This document shows, piece after piece, positions 30,404 to 39,955 of a stretch of 58,681 bases of DNA. The stretch comes from Candidatus Azambacteria bacterium. Lineage in GTDB: Bacteria; Patescibacteriota; Minisyncoccia; GWC2-36-17; M10-OD1-4. Numbering within the stretch: position 1 is the first letter of the stretch; each line of letters begins with the position of its first letter. The notes below the pieces were generated by a model that saw only the letters and a list, made by a program, of their open reading frames with translations, was not told the origin of the DNA and searched no databases. The stretch is from assembly GCA_027048495.1 (NCBI GenBank), contig JALTWS010000019.1:1-58681 (forward strand), given 5' to 3'. The translations under genes were made by a program, and so were the position numbers.

Positions 30404-30769
30404 ATGATTCAGGTTCAATCAATGTTAAAAGTAGCAGATAATTCTGGAGCTAAAAAAATTCAATGCATAAAGGTTCTAGGAGGCTCCAAAAGAAGATATG
30501 CCCAAATAGGGGATGTTATTGTTGCTGCTGTAAAAGTTGCTGAACCAAGAAAACAGGTTAAAAAGTCTGATGTTGTCAGAGCTGTAATTGTAAGACAAAA
30601 AAAAGCATTTAGAAGAAAAGACGGTTCGTACATTAGATTTGATGAAAATGCCGCAGTTATATTGGAAGGGCAAGATATTAAAGGAGGTCGTGTTTTTGGT
30701 CCTATTCCAAGAGAGATAAAAGAAAGAGGTTATTCAAAGTTAGCGTCGCTGGCGCCAGAAGTTATTTAA
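30404..30769 (+). CDS. rplN: 50S ribosomal protein uL14
   Basis: [14 protein letters not shown]. Confidence 0.99.
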   Translation: MIQVQSMLKVADNSGAKKIQCIKVLGGSKRRYAQIGDVIVAAVKVAEPRKQVKKSDVVRAVIVRQKKAFRRKDGSYIRFDENAAVILEGQDIKGGRVFGPIPREIKERGYSKLASLAPEVI

Positions 30770-30776
30770 TACAATT

Positions 30777-31082
30777 ATGAAAATAAAAAAAGATGACAAT
30801 GTAATAGTTTTGTCAGGGAAGGATAAAGGAAAGTCCGGTAAGGTCCTGCAGGCTATGCCAAAAGTTGATAAGGTTGTGGTCAAAGGTGTAAACATAAGAA
30901 AAAGGCATATAAGGCCAAGAAAACAAGGAGAAAAAGGGCAAATAATAGAAATGGAAGCGCCAATTCATGTTTCAAATGTTATGATTGTATGTTCAAAATG
31001 CAAAAAACCTTCAAGGATTGGGTATGAGATAAATAAGGAAGGAAAAAGAAGGATTTGCAAAAAATGCAAAGCAGTATTATAA
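30777..31082 (+). CDS. rplX: 50S ribosomal protein uL24
   Basis: SGKDKGK, EAPIHVSNV. Confidence 0.98.
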   Translation: MKIKKDDNVIVLSGKDKGKSGKVLQAMPKVDKVVVKGVNIRKRHIRPRKQGEKGQIIEMEAPIHVSNVMIVCSKCKKPSRIGYEINKEGKRRICKKCKAVL

Positions 31083-31101
31083 TAGGCTTTTAATTTTAAT
31101 T

Positions 31102-31650
31102 ATGAGCAGGTTAAGAGAAAAATATAACAAACAAATAATTCCAGAAATGAAAAAAGAATTTGGCTTAAAAAACGATATGGAAGTGCCAAAGGTGGTTAAG
31201 GTTGTCTTAAATACTGGAATTGGCAGAGTAGCAAAAGATGCGGCTTTGGTTGAAGCTATACAAAATGATATGACAACTATAGCAGGACAAAAAGCAACAA
31301 AAACAAAAGCAAAAAAATCAATAGCTGCATTTAAGGTTAGAACGGGTATGAATATAGGGATAAAAGTAACTTTAAGAGGAAATAGAATGTATGATTTTAT
31401 AGATAGACTGGTATCTTTAAGCATACCAAGAACAAGAGACTTCAGAGGTATTGATTTAAAAAGCATTGATAATGATGGGAATTTGACTGTTGGAATAAAA
31501 GAGCATATAGTATTTCCTGAGATAAATCAAGAAAATACAAAAGGAATATTTGGGTTTGAAGTTACAGTTGTCACAAACAAAAAAGATAGAAAACAAGCAG
31601 AGAAGCTTTTTAGATTATTAGGATTTCCATTAAAAAAAGAAAGTAATTAA
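31102..31650 (+). CDS. rplE: 50S ribosomal protein uL5
   Basis: [20 protein letters not shown]. Confidence 0.98.
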   Translation: MSRLREKYNKQIIPEMKKEFGLKNDMEVPKVVKVVLNTGIGRVAKDAALVEAIQNDMTTIAGQKATKTKAKKSIAAFKVRTGMNIGIKVTLRGNRMYDFIDRLVSLSIPRTRDFRGIDLKSIDNDGNLTVGIKEHIVFPEINQENTKGIFGFEVTVVTNKKDRKQAEKLFRLLGFPLKKESN

Positions 31651-31652
31651 TT

Positions 31653-31838
31653 ATGGCAAAGCAATCAGTTATAGCAAGATCAAAGAAAAAACCAAAGTTT
31701 TCTACCAGAGAAGTTAGAAGATGTTTTAGGTGTGGCAGAAAGCATGGTTATATGAGGGATTTTGATCTTTGCAGAATTTGTTTTAGAGAAATGGCAAATA
31801 GAGGAGAAATACCTGGAGTTAAAAGATCAAGTTGGTAA
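31653..31838 (+). CDS. rpsN: 30S ribosomal protein uS14 (Zn-binding type Z)
   Basis: RCFRCGR...LCRICFRE. Confidence 0.98.
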   Translation: MAKQSVIARSKKKPKFSTREVRRCFRCGRKHGYMRDFDLCRICFREMANRGEIPGVKRSSW

Positions 31839-31871
31839 TATAGTTTAAATGTAGTTAAATTTTTAAATTTT

Positions 31872-32264
31872 ATGACAGATCCAATAGCAGACATGTTAAC
31901 AAGAATAAGAAATGCAAAGGCAGTTAAAAAAGAAACTGTTAGCGTTCCATATTCTAAAATAAAAATGGCAATAGCAAACACTTTAAAAAAAGAAGGGTTT
32001 ATTGAGGATTGTGAAAAAAAAGGAAAAAAAGTCAGAAAAGTTATAGAAATAAAATTAAAATACAAGCAAAACGGAGATTCTTTTATTATGGATCTTAAAA
32101 GGATTTCAAAACCGGGACAAAGGATATACAAAGGATACAAAGATATGTTTGCTGTAAAGCAGGGGCTTGGTATTGCTGTTGTTTCAACTCCGCAGGGGAT
32201 TATGAGCAACAAAGAAGCAAAAAGGAAAAAAGTTGGAGGAGAGGTTTTGTGTGAGGTATGGTAA
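31872..32264 (+). CDS. rpsH: 30S ribosomal protein uS8
   Basis: DPIADMLTRIRNA. Confidence 0.99.
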   Translation: MTDPIADMLTRIRNAKAVKKETVSVPYSKIKMAIANTLKKEGFIEDCEKKGKKVRKVIEIKLKYKQNGDSFIMDLKRISKPGQRIYKGYKDMFAVKQGLGIAVVSTPQGIMSNKEAKRKKVGGEVLCEVW

Positions 32265-32286
32265 AAAGTAAAAAAGCAAAAATATT

Positions 32287-32829
32287 ATGAGCAGAATAGG
32301 TAAAAATCCAATAAAAATACCAGATAAAGTTGAAGTATCCGTAAATGGAGATGAAGTTGTTGTAAAAGGTCCAAAAGGCGAACTTTCTATTAAAAAAAAC
32401 CCAGCATTGGATGTTAGGGTAGATGACGGAAGTGTTGTTGTTTCTTTAAAAGAAGATTCAAGGCAAAACAGGGCTTTTTGGGGACTTACAAGATCCTTAA
32501 TAGCAAATATGGTAGAAGGAGTGCTTAATGGACATCAAAAGAGCTTGGAAGTTGAAGGAGTTGGTTATAAGGTTGAATTAAAAGGTAATAAACTTGTTAT
32601 GGCTTTGGGGTTTTCTCATCCGGTAGAATTTGAAGCTCCAGAAGGCATAACTTTTTCTGTTGAGAAAAATAAGATAACAGTTTCTGGAATTGACAAGGCG
32701 CTTGTTGGCCAGACTGCGGCAAATATAAGAAAATTGAAAAAACCAGAGCCATACAAAGGAAAAGGGATAAGATATGAGGGAGAAGTAATAAGAAGAAAAG
32801 CAGGTAAAAAGGCAGGAGCTGCAGCATAA
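32287..32829 (+). CDS. rplF: 50S ribosomal protein uL6
   Basis: MSRIGK, PEPYKGKGIRY. Confidence 0.99.
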   Translation: MSRIGKNPIKIPDKVEVSVNGDEVVVKGPKGELSIKKNPALDVRVDDGSVVVSLKEDSRQNRAFWGLTRSLIANMVEGVLNGHQKSLEVEGVGYKVELKGNKLVMALGFSHPVEFEAPEGITFSVEKNKITVSGIDKALVGQTAANIRKLKKPEPYKGKGIRYEGEVIRRKAGKKAGAAA

Positions 32830-32854
32830 TAACTTAATATAAAAAGTAAATTTT

Positions 32855-33190
32855 ATGGCAAACAGACACACAAGACACAAAAGAATAAGAGCAAAAGTTA
32901 TAGGAACTGCCCAAAGGCCAAGACTTTCTGTTTTTAGGTCTTGTGCGCATATTTATGCTCAGATAATAGATGATCAGACTGGAAGAACTATTGTTAGCGC
33001 TTCTGATTTGAAAATGAAAAAAGACAAAAACACAAAAAGCGATTTGGCAAAAAAAGTTGGCATTGAAATAGCAAAAAAAGCAAAAGAAAAAAATATTACA
33101 AAAGTTGTATTTGACAGAGGAGGGCATAAATTTCATGGTCGTGTGAAATTATTAGCAGAAGGAGCCAAAGAAGGCGGTTTAGAATTTTAA
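32855..33190 (+). CDS. rplR: 50S ribosomal protein uL18
   Basis: [20 protein letters not shown]. Confidence 0.98.
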   Translation: MANRHTRHKRIRAKVIGTAQRPRLSVFRSCAHIYAQIIDDQTGRTIVSASDLKMKKDKNTKSDLAKKVGIEIAKKAKEKNITKVVFDRGGHKFHGRVKLLAEGAKEGGLEF

Positions 33191-33194
33191 TAGT

Positions 33195-33737
33195 ATGGAA
33201 AAAGTTAAAATAAAATCAAAAAGAAAAATATTAAAAGAAAAGCCGGAGTTTGACCAAAAGATACTGGATATAGCAAGGGTTACTCGTGTTATGGCGGGAG
33301 GAAGAAGGTTTAGCTTCAGAGTTACTGCTGTGGTTGGAAACAGAAACGGAAAAGTTGGAGTTGGGGTTGGCAAAGGAGCAGATGTTGCTTTGGCTATGGA
33401 AAAAGCAGTAAATGATGCAAAAAAGAAAATGATAAATGTTAATATAGTTGACGGAACAATACCTCATGAGATTGATATAAAACACAAAAGCGCAAGATTG
33501 CTTCTTAAGCCTGCAAAACAAGGAAGGGGAGTTATAGCAGGAGGAGCGGTAAGAATAGTCTGTGAGTTTGCAGGAATACATAACATAACTGCAAAGATGC
33601 TTTCAAAGAGTAAAAATAAAATAAACAATGCAAGAGCAACGGTGGAGGCGCTAAGGTTGCTAAGGCCAAATCCGGCATTGAAAAAAGTAAAAAAGGAAGA
33701 GAATCAAAAAGAAGAAAATAATAGTAAAAATAATTAA
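33195..33737 (+). CDS. rpsE: 30S ribosomal protein uS5
   Basis: RVMAGGRRFSF, GVIAGGAVR. Confidence 0.98.
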   Translation: MEKVKIKSKRKILKEKPEFDQKILDIARVTRVMAGGRRFSFRVTAVVGNRNGKVGVGVGKGADVALAMEKAVNDAKKKMINVNIVDGTIPHEIDIKHKSARLLLKPAKQGRGVIAGGAVRIVCEFAGIHNITAKMLSKSKNKINNARATVEALRLLRPNPALKKVKKEENQKEENNSKNN

Positions 33738-33741
33738 ATTT

Positions 33742-34170
33742 ATGCAATTGGCAGACCTAAAATTTAAAAAAACAAAATCAGCAAAAAGAGTTGGCAGGGG
33801 AGGCAAAAGAGGAAAAACATCAGGAAGAGGAATGAACGGCCAAAAATCAAGATCTGGGGCAAGTATAAGGCCAGCAGAGAGGGATTTTATCAAAAAAATT
33901 CCTAAGCTAAGAGGATATAATTTCAACAGCATAAGAAAAAAACCAAGTTCTGTTAATCTTTCTGATATTGATAGGCTGTTTTCTGATGGAGAAGAAATTA
34001 ATCCTGAAACTCTTTTTAAAAAAGGGCTTGTAAGAAAAGTTTCAGGAAAGCTTCCTTCTGTTAAAATATTAGGATCTGGCAATGTAACAAAAAAATTGGT
34101 TTTTTCTGGTTGTTTGTTTTCAAAAACAGCAGAAGAAAAAGTAAAATCTGCCAAAGGAGAAATAAAGTAA
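33742..34170 (+). CDS. rplO: 50S ribosomal protein uL15
   Basis: KRVGRG..GKTSGRG..GQKSRSG. Confidence 0.98.
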   Translation: MQLADLKFKKTKSAKRVGRGGKRGKTSGRGMNGQKSRSGASIRPAERDFIKKIPKLRGYNFNSIRKKPSSVNLSDIDRLFSDGEEINPETLFKKGLVRKVSGKLPSVKILGSGNVTKKLVFSGCLFSKTAEEKVKSAKGEIK

Positions 34171-34176
34171 AATACT

Positions 34177-35451
34177 ATGTTTTCAAAAGTAGTAGAAGTA
34201 TTTAAAATAAAGGATCTAAGGAAAAAGATATTTTTTGTGCTTGCTCTTTTGGTTGTTTTTAGAATTGCTGCTTCTGTTCCTATTCCAGGCATTGACCCTG
34301 AAAGGTTAAAGAGTTTTTTTGCGGCAAATCAATTTTTTGGACTTTTGAATATATTTTCAGGAGGCGCTTTAAGCAACATGTCTATAGTTATGCTTGGGGT
34401 GGGTCCTTATATTACTGCGCTTATTATAATGCAACTTCTTACTGTTGTTTTTCCAAAGATAAAAGAGCTATATCAAGAATCTGGGGAAGCTGGGAGGCAA
34501 AAGTTTAACCAATACACGAGACTTCTTACTGTTCCTTTGGCATTTTTGCAAGGATATGGGCTTTTGGCGCTATTACAAAACCAAAATGTTGTTGACAGGT
34601 TGGAAACATTTGAGCTTATAACCAGCCTAATAGTTGTTACAGCAGGAACTATATTTTTGATGTGGCTTGGAGAGATAATAACCGAAAAAAAGATAGGCAA
34701 CGGAATATCTTTACTTATTTTTGCCGGAATTATAGCTGGACTTCCAACTTCAATCAGGCAATTTTATGCAAATTTTGATCCTTCTATGATACCAACAACA
34801 ATAGGGTTTTTGGTAGCATCAGTATTTGTAATAGCAGGTATTGTTTATATGAACGAAAGCGCAAGAAACATTCCTGTCTCTTATGCAAAAAGAGTAAGGG
34901 GTGTAAAAATGTACGGAGGAGTTTCTACTTATTTGCCACTTAAAGTAAACCAAGCGGGAGTTATACCTATAATATTTGCTATATCAATAATGCTGTTTCC
35001 GGAAATGTTGGCAAACATAGCAAAATTTTCAAATATTGTCTGGTTAAGTAACGCTTCTGATGCTTTTTTGAGAGTGTTTAATCAAGGAAGCTGGCTTTAT
35101 CCTACAATTTATTTTCTTTTGGTAGTTGCGTTTACATATTTTTATACAGCTATAACTTTTGATCCTAAACAGATTTCAGAAAACTTGCAAAAACAAGGAG
35201 GTTTTATTCCGGGAATAAGGCCGGGAAGGCATACTATGGAATTTTTGCACAAGATAATGAATAGAATAACCCTTTTTGGAGCGGTTTCTTTAGGTCTTAT
35301 AGCTATTTTACCTTACATATTCAGATATTTTACTGGTATTGCCACTCTTACTATAGGAGGAACTGCGCTTTTGATTGTTGTTGCTGTTGTTATTGATGTT
35401 ATAAAGCAAATCCAAGCCCAAATGGTAATGCACGAGTACGATAAGTACTAA
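34177..35451 (+). CDS. secY: Preprotein translocase SecY
   Basis: GNGISLLIFAGI, AGVIPIIFA, FIPGIRPG. Confidence 0.99.
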   Translation: MFSKVVEVFKIKDLRKKIFFVLALLVVFRIAASVPIPGIDPERLKSFFAANQFFGLLNIFSGGALSNMSIVMLGVGPYITALIIMQLLTVVFPKIKELYQESGEAGRQKFNQYTRLLTVPLAFLQGYGLLALLQNQNVVDRLETFELITSLIVVTAGTIFLMWLGEIITEKKIGNGISLLIFAGIIAGLPTSIRQFYANFDPSMIPTTIGFLVASVFVIAGIVYMNESARNIPVSYAKRVRGVKMYGGVSTYLPLKVNQAGVIPIIFAISIMLFPEMLANIAKFSNIVWLSNASDAFLRVFNQGSWLYPTIYFLLVVAFTYFYTAITFDPKQISENLQKQGGFIPGIRPGRHTMEFLHKIMNRITLFGAVSLGLIAILPYIFRYFTGIATLTIGGTALLIVVAVVIDVIKQIQAQMVMHEYDKY

Positions 35452-35543
35452 ATATTTTTTAAAATTTCTGTTTGCGAAAGAGAACTCAAAAAGGGTCTCT
35501 TTTTTGTTTTTGTAATAATTAAAAATTAAAGTATAATAATAAA

Positions 35544-36224
35544 ATGCAAAATAAAAATCCTTTAAATATAATATTGTTGGGAATTTCTGGTTCTGGAAAA
35601 GGAACTCAGGCAAAGTTTTTATGCCAAAGATATGGTTTAGAATACATAGGAACCGGAGATCTTTTAAGGACTTTTGCAAAAAAAGACAATCCAGCTTCAA
35701 GAAAATTAAAAAAGGACCTATCGGAAGGAAAACTTGCTCCTACTTGGCTTCCTTTTTATTTGTGGATGGATAAGCTTGTTGAAGTTGATGAAAAAAAGGG
35801 AATTTTATTTGATGGAAGTCCAAGAAAGATACATGAAGCGGAGCTTTTGGACGAAGTTTTAGATTGGTATGACAGAAAGAATATAAAAGTTATTTTAATT
35901 GATGTTTCAGAAAAAGAAGTTTTCAAAAGGCTTATTAACAGAAGAACTTGCCAAAGCTGTAAAAAGAGCGCTTATGTAAGCCAAAATCAAGGAGACTCAA
36001 TATGTGAATACTGCGGAGGAGTTATGCATACAAGACCAGAAGATAATCCAGATGCTATCAAAAAAAGAATAGAATGGTTTAAAAAAGAGGTTTCTCAGGT
36101 TATAGATTTTTATAAAAAAAAGGGGATGCTAATAAAAGTAAACGGAGATCAGCCCAAAGAAAAAGTTTTTGAAGACATTATAAATGCAATAGAAAAAAAT
36201 GATAACGATAAAAACACAAGATGA
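35544..36224 (+). CDS. adk: Adenylate kinase family
   Basis: GISGSGKGTQ, DGSPR, Cys4 LID. Confidence 0.9.
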   Translation: MQNKNPLNIILLGISGSGKGTQAKFLCQRYGLEYIGTGDLLRTFAKKDNPASRKLKKDLSEGKLAPTWLPFYLWMDKLVEVDEKKGILFDGSPRKIHEAELLDEVLDWYDRKNIKVILIDVSEKEVFKRLINRRTCQSCKKSAYVSQNQGDSICEYCGGVMHTRPEDNPDAIKKRIEWFKKEVSQVIDFYKKKGMLIKVNGDQPKEKVFEDIINAIEKNDNDKNTR

Positions 36225-36963
36225 GATAAAAATTTTAAAAGAAGGAGGACAAAAGCTATCTGAAGTTTTAGATGAGGTCCAAAAAAATGTAGAAGAAGGA
36301 ATAACAACAAAAGAACTGGATAAATTGGCTTATGATCTTATTGTGAAAAAAGGAGCAAAACCGTCTTTTTTAAATTACAAGCCAAGCGGAGCAAATAGGC
36401 CATATCCTGCTACAATGTGCACTTGTGTAAACGATGAAGTTGTTCATGCTGTGCCAAGCAAAAGAAAGTTAAAAAAAGGAGATCTTTTTTCTTTTGATTT
36501 GGGTTTGTGGTGGAAAGGGCTGTGCGTTGATTCTGCAAGATCGGTTTTGGTGGGAGGAGTTGGTTCAGATGTGGCAAAAAAACTAATAGCTGTCACAGAA
36601 GCGTCTTTGTATGAAGGAATATCAGCTATGATGCCTGGCGCTCGTCTTGGTGATATAGGATACAAAATACAATCTTATGTTGAAAAAAATAGTAATTTTG
36701 GAATAGTAAGAGACCTTTCCGGGCACGGTGTTGGCTATGAGGTTCATGAGGAGCCGTATGTTTTAAATTATGGTAAAAAGGGCACAGGAGAACTGTTAAG
36801 AGAAGGAATGGTTTTTGCTCTTGAACCTATGATAACAGAAGGTGATTTTAATGTTAAATATGCAGATGATGGGTGGGGAATAAAGACAAAAGATGGGAGT
36901 CTTTCTGCTCATTTTGAGCATACTGTTGCAGTAACAAAAGATGGCTATAAAATATTAACATAA
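36199..36963 (+). CDS. map: Methionine aminopeptidase type I
   Basis: VNDEVVH, GHGVG..HEEP, SAHFEHT. Confidence 0.97.
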   Translation: MITIKTQDEIKILKEGGQKLSEVLDEVQKNVEEGITTKELDKLAYDLIVKKGAKPSFLNYKPSGANRPYPATMCTCVNDEVVHAVPSKRKLKKGDLFSFDLGLWWKGLCVDSARSVLVGGVGSDVAKKLIAVTEASLYEGISAMMPGARLGDIGYKIQSYVEKNSNFGIVRDLSGHGVGYEVHEEPYVLNYGKKGTGELLREGMVFALEPMITEGDFNVKYADDGWGIKTKDGSLSAHFEHTVAVTKDGYKILT

Positions 36964-36967
36964 AAAA

Positions 36968-37357
36968 ATGCGCTATCTTGGAATTGACTATGGAGACAAA
37001 AAAGTCGGGCTTGCTTTGTCTGATCAAGAGGGCATATTAGGCATGCCTTACAAAACAATAAGAAATGAAAATTTATTAAAAAAGATCAAAGAAATTATAA
37101 AAAATGAAAATGTTGAGTTTGTTGTTTTAGGTCTACCTTTAAATTTAAAGATGCAAGAGACAGAACAGACAAAAAAAGTATATTCTTTTTTAAATAAGCT
37201 TAAAAAGCATATAAAAGTTCCAATAGTTTTGGAAAATGAGTTTTTAACGTCCTCTCAAGCAAAAAAATCTGGAGCAAAAGGAGAAGATGTTGATTCTTCT
37301 TCTGCTGCTTTAATACTTCAAAGCTATTTAGATTATATACAAAAAAATGAAAGATGA
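36968..37357 (+). CDS. ruvX: RuvX/YqgF RNase-H-fold nuclease
   Basis: LGIDYG.KKVGLA, VLGLP, AALILQSYL. Confidence 0.93.
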   Translation: MRYLGIDYGDKKVGLALSDQEGILGMPYKTIRNENLLKKIKEIIKNENVEFVVLGLPLNLKMQETEQTKKVYSFLNKLKKHIKVPIVLENEFLTSSQAKKSGAKGEDVDSSSAALILQSYLDYIQKNER

Positions 37358-38078
37358 AGTTTTTTTGTCAGTAATAATACCAGCATACAACGAAGAAAAA
37401 AGAATTCAAAAAACTCTTTGTGATCTTTTTTCTTATTTTTCAAAACACAAAGATAAAAAATATGAAATATTAGTTGTAGATGATGGGTCTTCTGACAGAA
37501 CAGAAGATGCGATAAAAAAATACAAAGATCAGCTTGATATAAAAATTATAAAAAATAATAAAAATTATGGAAAAGGCTTTTCTGTAAGAAAAGGAATGTT
37601 TGAAAGTCGTGGAAAATACAAATTGTTTATGGATGCTGACGGTTCCGTTTCTATATTTCAAATCGGAAGCTTTTTTTCTGCTTTAGATGACGGTTATGAT
37701 ATTGCTATAGCTTCTATTGAAAAGGAAGGTTCAAAGATTTTAGAAAAATCAAGTTGGCATAAAAAAGTTTTAGGGAAGCTTTCAAAGTTTATTATAAAAA
37801 AAACGGTTTTGCCCAATATTTCAGACAGCCAGAGAGGGTTTAAATTGTTTTCTGAAAAATCTGCCCATGATATTTTTAAAAGACAGACCTTAGATGGTTG
37901 GGGATTTGATATAGAAATACTGGTTATTGCCAATGATTTGGGGTACAAAATAAAGGAGATACCTGTGGTGTGGGACAATCCATCTGGTTCAAAAGTTAAG
38001 TTTTTTGATTACATAAAAACTTTAAAAGACCTTTTTGTTATTAAAAAGAATAAAATTTTCCAAAAGTATAAGATGTGA
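37347..38078 (+). CDS. GT2 glycosyltransferase (polyprenol-phosphate glycosyltransferase-like)
   Basis: IIPAYNE, VDDGSSD, DADG, DSQRGFK. Confidence 0.9.
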   Translation: MKDEVFLSVIIPAYNEEKRIQKTLCDLFSYFSKHKDKKYEILVVDDGSSDRTEDAIKKYKDQLDIKIIKNNKNYGKGFSVRKGMFESRGKYKLFMDADGSVSIFQIGSFFSALDDGYDIAIASIEKEGSKILEKSSWHKKVLGKLSKFIIKKTVLPNISDSQRGFKLFSEKSAHDIFKRQTLDGWGFDIEILVIANDLGYKIKEIPVVWDNPSGSKVKFFDYIKTLKDLFVIKKNKIFQKYKM

Positions 38079-38090
38079 TATAATTTAAAA

Positions 38091-39098
38091 ATGAGAGAAA
38101 AAAAAGACAAATCAGAACTAAGACAAGATCTTGCAAGCGGTAAGTGGGTTATAATATCAACCGCAAGAGGAAAAAGGCCTCATGCTTTTTTTGGGGCTCC
38201 TGCAAGCATAAAACAGCCAAAATCAAAATGTCCATTTGAAAATCCGTTTGCTGAGGCAGAGCCAAAAGAGGTTTACCTAAAAGAAGGGGGAAAAAATGAA
38301 AAAAAAGATTGGTCTTTGGTGGTTTTGCCAAATAAGTTTCCCGCAGTTTTTCCAGATATTTTAAAAAAAGAAACAAAAGAAGGTATTTATAGGAAAATTT
38401 CAGGTTTTGGGTTTCATGAGCTTTTTGTGGCAAGGGATCATGATAAATTTATACCAGATCTTTCAAAAAAAGAAGCAATAGAACTAGTATCTTCTTATAA
38501 AAAAAGATACGAAAAGTTGTCTGAAAATAAAAATATAGAATATATTATTATAATTCATAACCATGGAAAAGATGCCGGGGCATCTTTAAGGCATCTTCAT
38601 AGTCAGCTTATAGCTTCTCCTGTTGTTCCAGATGAAATTGCTTTGAGCATGCAAAAAGCAGGGGAATATTTTAAAAAACACAAAAGCTGTGTTTATTGTG
38701 ATGTTTTAAAATATGAAACAAAAGCTAAAAAAAGGATAGTCTATCAAAATAAAAAGTTTGTTGTGTTTGTTCCTTTTGCCGCTTCTATTGCTTTTGAGAT
38801 GAAAATATTTCCAAAAGAACATCAGGCAAGTTTTTCTGAAGCCAGAAAAGAAGATCTTGAGTATTTTGCAGACGCTTTACAAGAGTCGCTTGGCAAGCTG
38901 AGAACGGCTTTAAATGATCCGGCTTTTAATTTTTTTGTGCATTCAACTCCAACAAAGAAAAAACAAAAACATTATCATTGGCATTTGGAAATATTGCCAA
39001 AAACATCAGTTTGGGCAGGTTATGAACTGGGATCGGGAATGAAAATATCTGCAGTGTACCCTGAAGATGCGGCAAAGTTTTTAAGGAATGCCAAGTAA
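38091..39098 (+). CDS. galT: Galactose-1-phosphate uridylyltransferase family
   Basis: ELRQD..RGKRP, AGASLRHLHSQ, HWHLEI. Confidence 0.88.
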   Translation: MREKKDKSELRQDLASGKWVIISTARGKRPHAFFGAPASIKQPKSKCPFENPFAEAEPKEVYLKEGGKNEKKDWSLVVLPNKFPAVFPDILKKETKEGIYRKISGFGFHELFVARDHDKFIPDLSKKEAIELVSSYKKRYEKLSENKNIEYIIIIHNHGKDAGASLRHLHSQLIASPVVPDEIALSMQKAGEYFKKHKSCVYCDVLKYETKAKKRIVYQNKKFVVFVPFAASIAFEMKIFPKEHQASFSEARKEDLEYFADALQESLGKLRTALNDPAFNFFVHSTPTKKKQKHYHWHLEILPKTSVWAGYELGSGMKISAVYPEDAAKFLRNAK

Positions 39099-39108
39099 AA
39101 ATTAAATT

Positions 39109-39846
39109 ATGAAATATTTAATAGCAAACTGGAAATCATATATAACAGACAGAAAGGAGGCAAACTCTCTTTTTTTGGGCGTCAAAAAAACAATTCAAAA
39201 AAACAGTGGTTGCAAAGTTATTATTTGTCCGCCTTATCCTTTTTTGTCAGATGCTTCTGAATCTAATTTAACAATAGGCGCTCAAGATGTTTTTTGGGAA
39301 AAAAACGGAGCATATACCGGAGAAGTAACGCTTGATATGCTCAAAAACTTAAATGTTGAATATGTAATTTTGGGACATTCAGAAAGAAGGGCTTATCTTG
39401 GAGAAACAGATGATATCATAAACAAAAAATTAAAAGCTGCACTAAAGGCTGGATTTAAGGTTGTTTTGTGTGTTGGAGAAAAGCAAAGAAAAGAGCCAAA
39501 TGTTATACCAAGTGTAGTTGCAGATCAGGTAAAAGCTGCTTTTTTGGACATTCCAAAAAGTAAAGTTTGCAATGTAGTGGTGGCATACGAACCTATTTGG
39601 GCAATAGGAACAGGACTGTCTGATACCCCTGATAACGCGTATCAAGCTGCGCTTTATATTAAAAAGACCATAGGCAAAATATACAATCCAAAAATAGGCA
39701 CAAACATTAAATTTCTTTATGGAGGTTCTGTTAACTCAAAAAATATTTTAGATTTTATTTCTCATCATGGAATAGATGGAGTTTTGGTGGGCTCTGCTTC
39801 AACAAAAAAAGAAGAGTTTGCAAAAATGATAAAGTTAGTCGGATAA
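39109..39846 (+). CDS. tpiA: Triosephosphate isomerase
   Basis: ANWK, GHSERR, AYEPIWAIGTG, YGGSV. Confidence 0.97.
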   Translation: MKYLIANWKSYITDRKEANSLFLGVKKTIQKNSGCKVIICPPYPFLSDASESNLTIGAQDVFWEKNGAYTGEVTLDMLKNLNVEYVILGHSERRAYLGETDDIINKKLKAALKAGFKVVLCVGEKQRKEPNVIPSVVADQVKAAFLDIPKSKVCNVVVAYEPIWAIGTGLSDTPDNAYQAALYIKKTIGKIYNPKIGTNIKFLYGGSVNSKNILDFISHHGIDGVLVGSASTKKEEFAKMIKLVG

Positions 39847-39852
39847 GAAAAC

Positions 39853-39939
39853 TTAAATTTGGAGGTTCAACCTCCACACAACCTCCAATATTAAATTTGG
39901 AGGTTCAACCTCTACACAACCTCCACACAACCTCCAATA
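39853..39939. repeat. Tandem REP-derived repeat
   Basis: 2x ttaaatttggaggttcaacctc(c/t)acacaacctcca; same GAGGTTCAACCTC core as the RAYT REPs. Confidence 0.85.
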
Positions 39940-39955
39940 TTGTATTTGTTTGTAA

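Noticed and set aside
39853-39939. Possible CRISPR array
   Set aside because: Only two units, no unique spacers, no cas genes; core matches the REP
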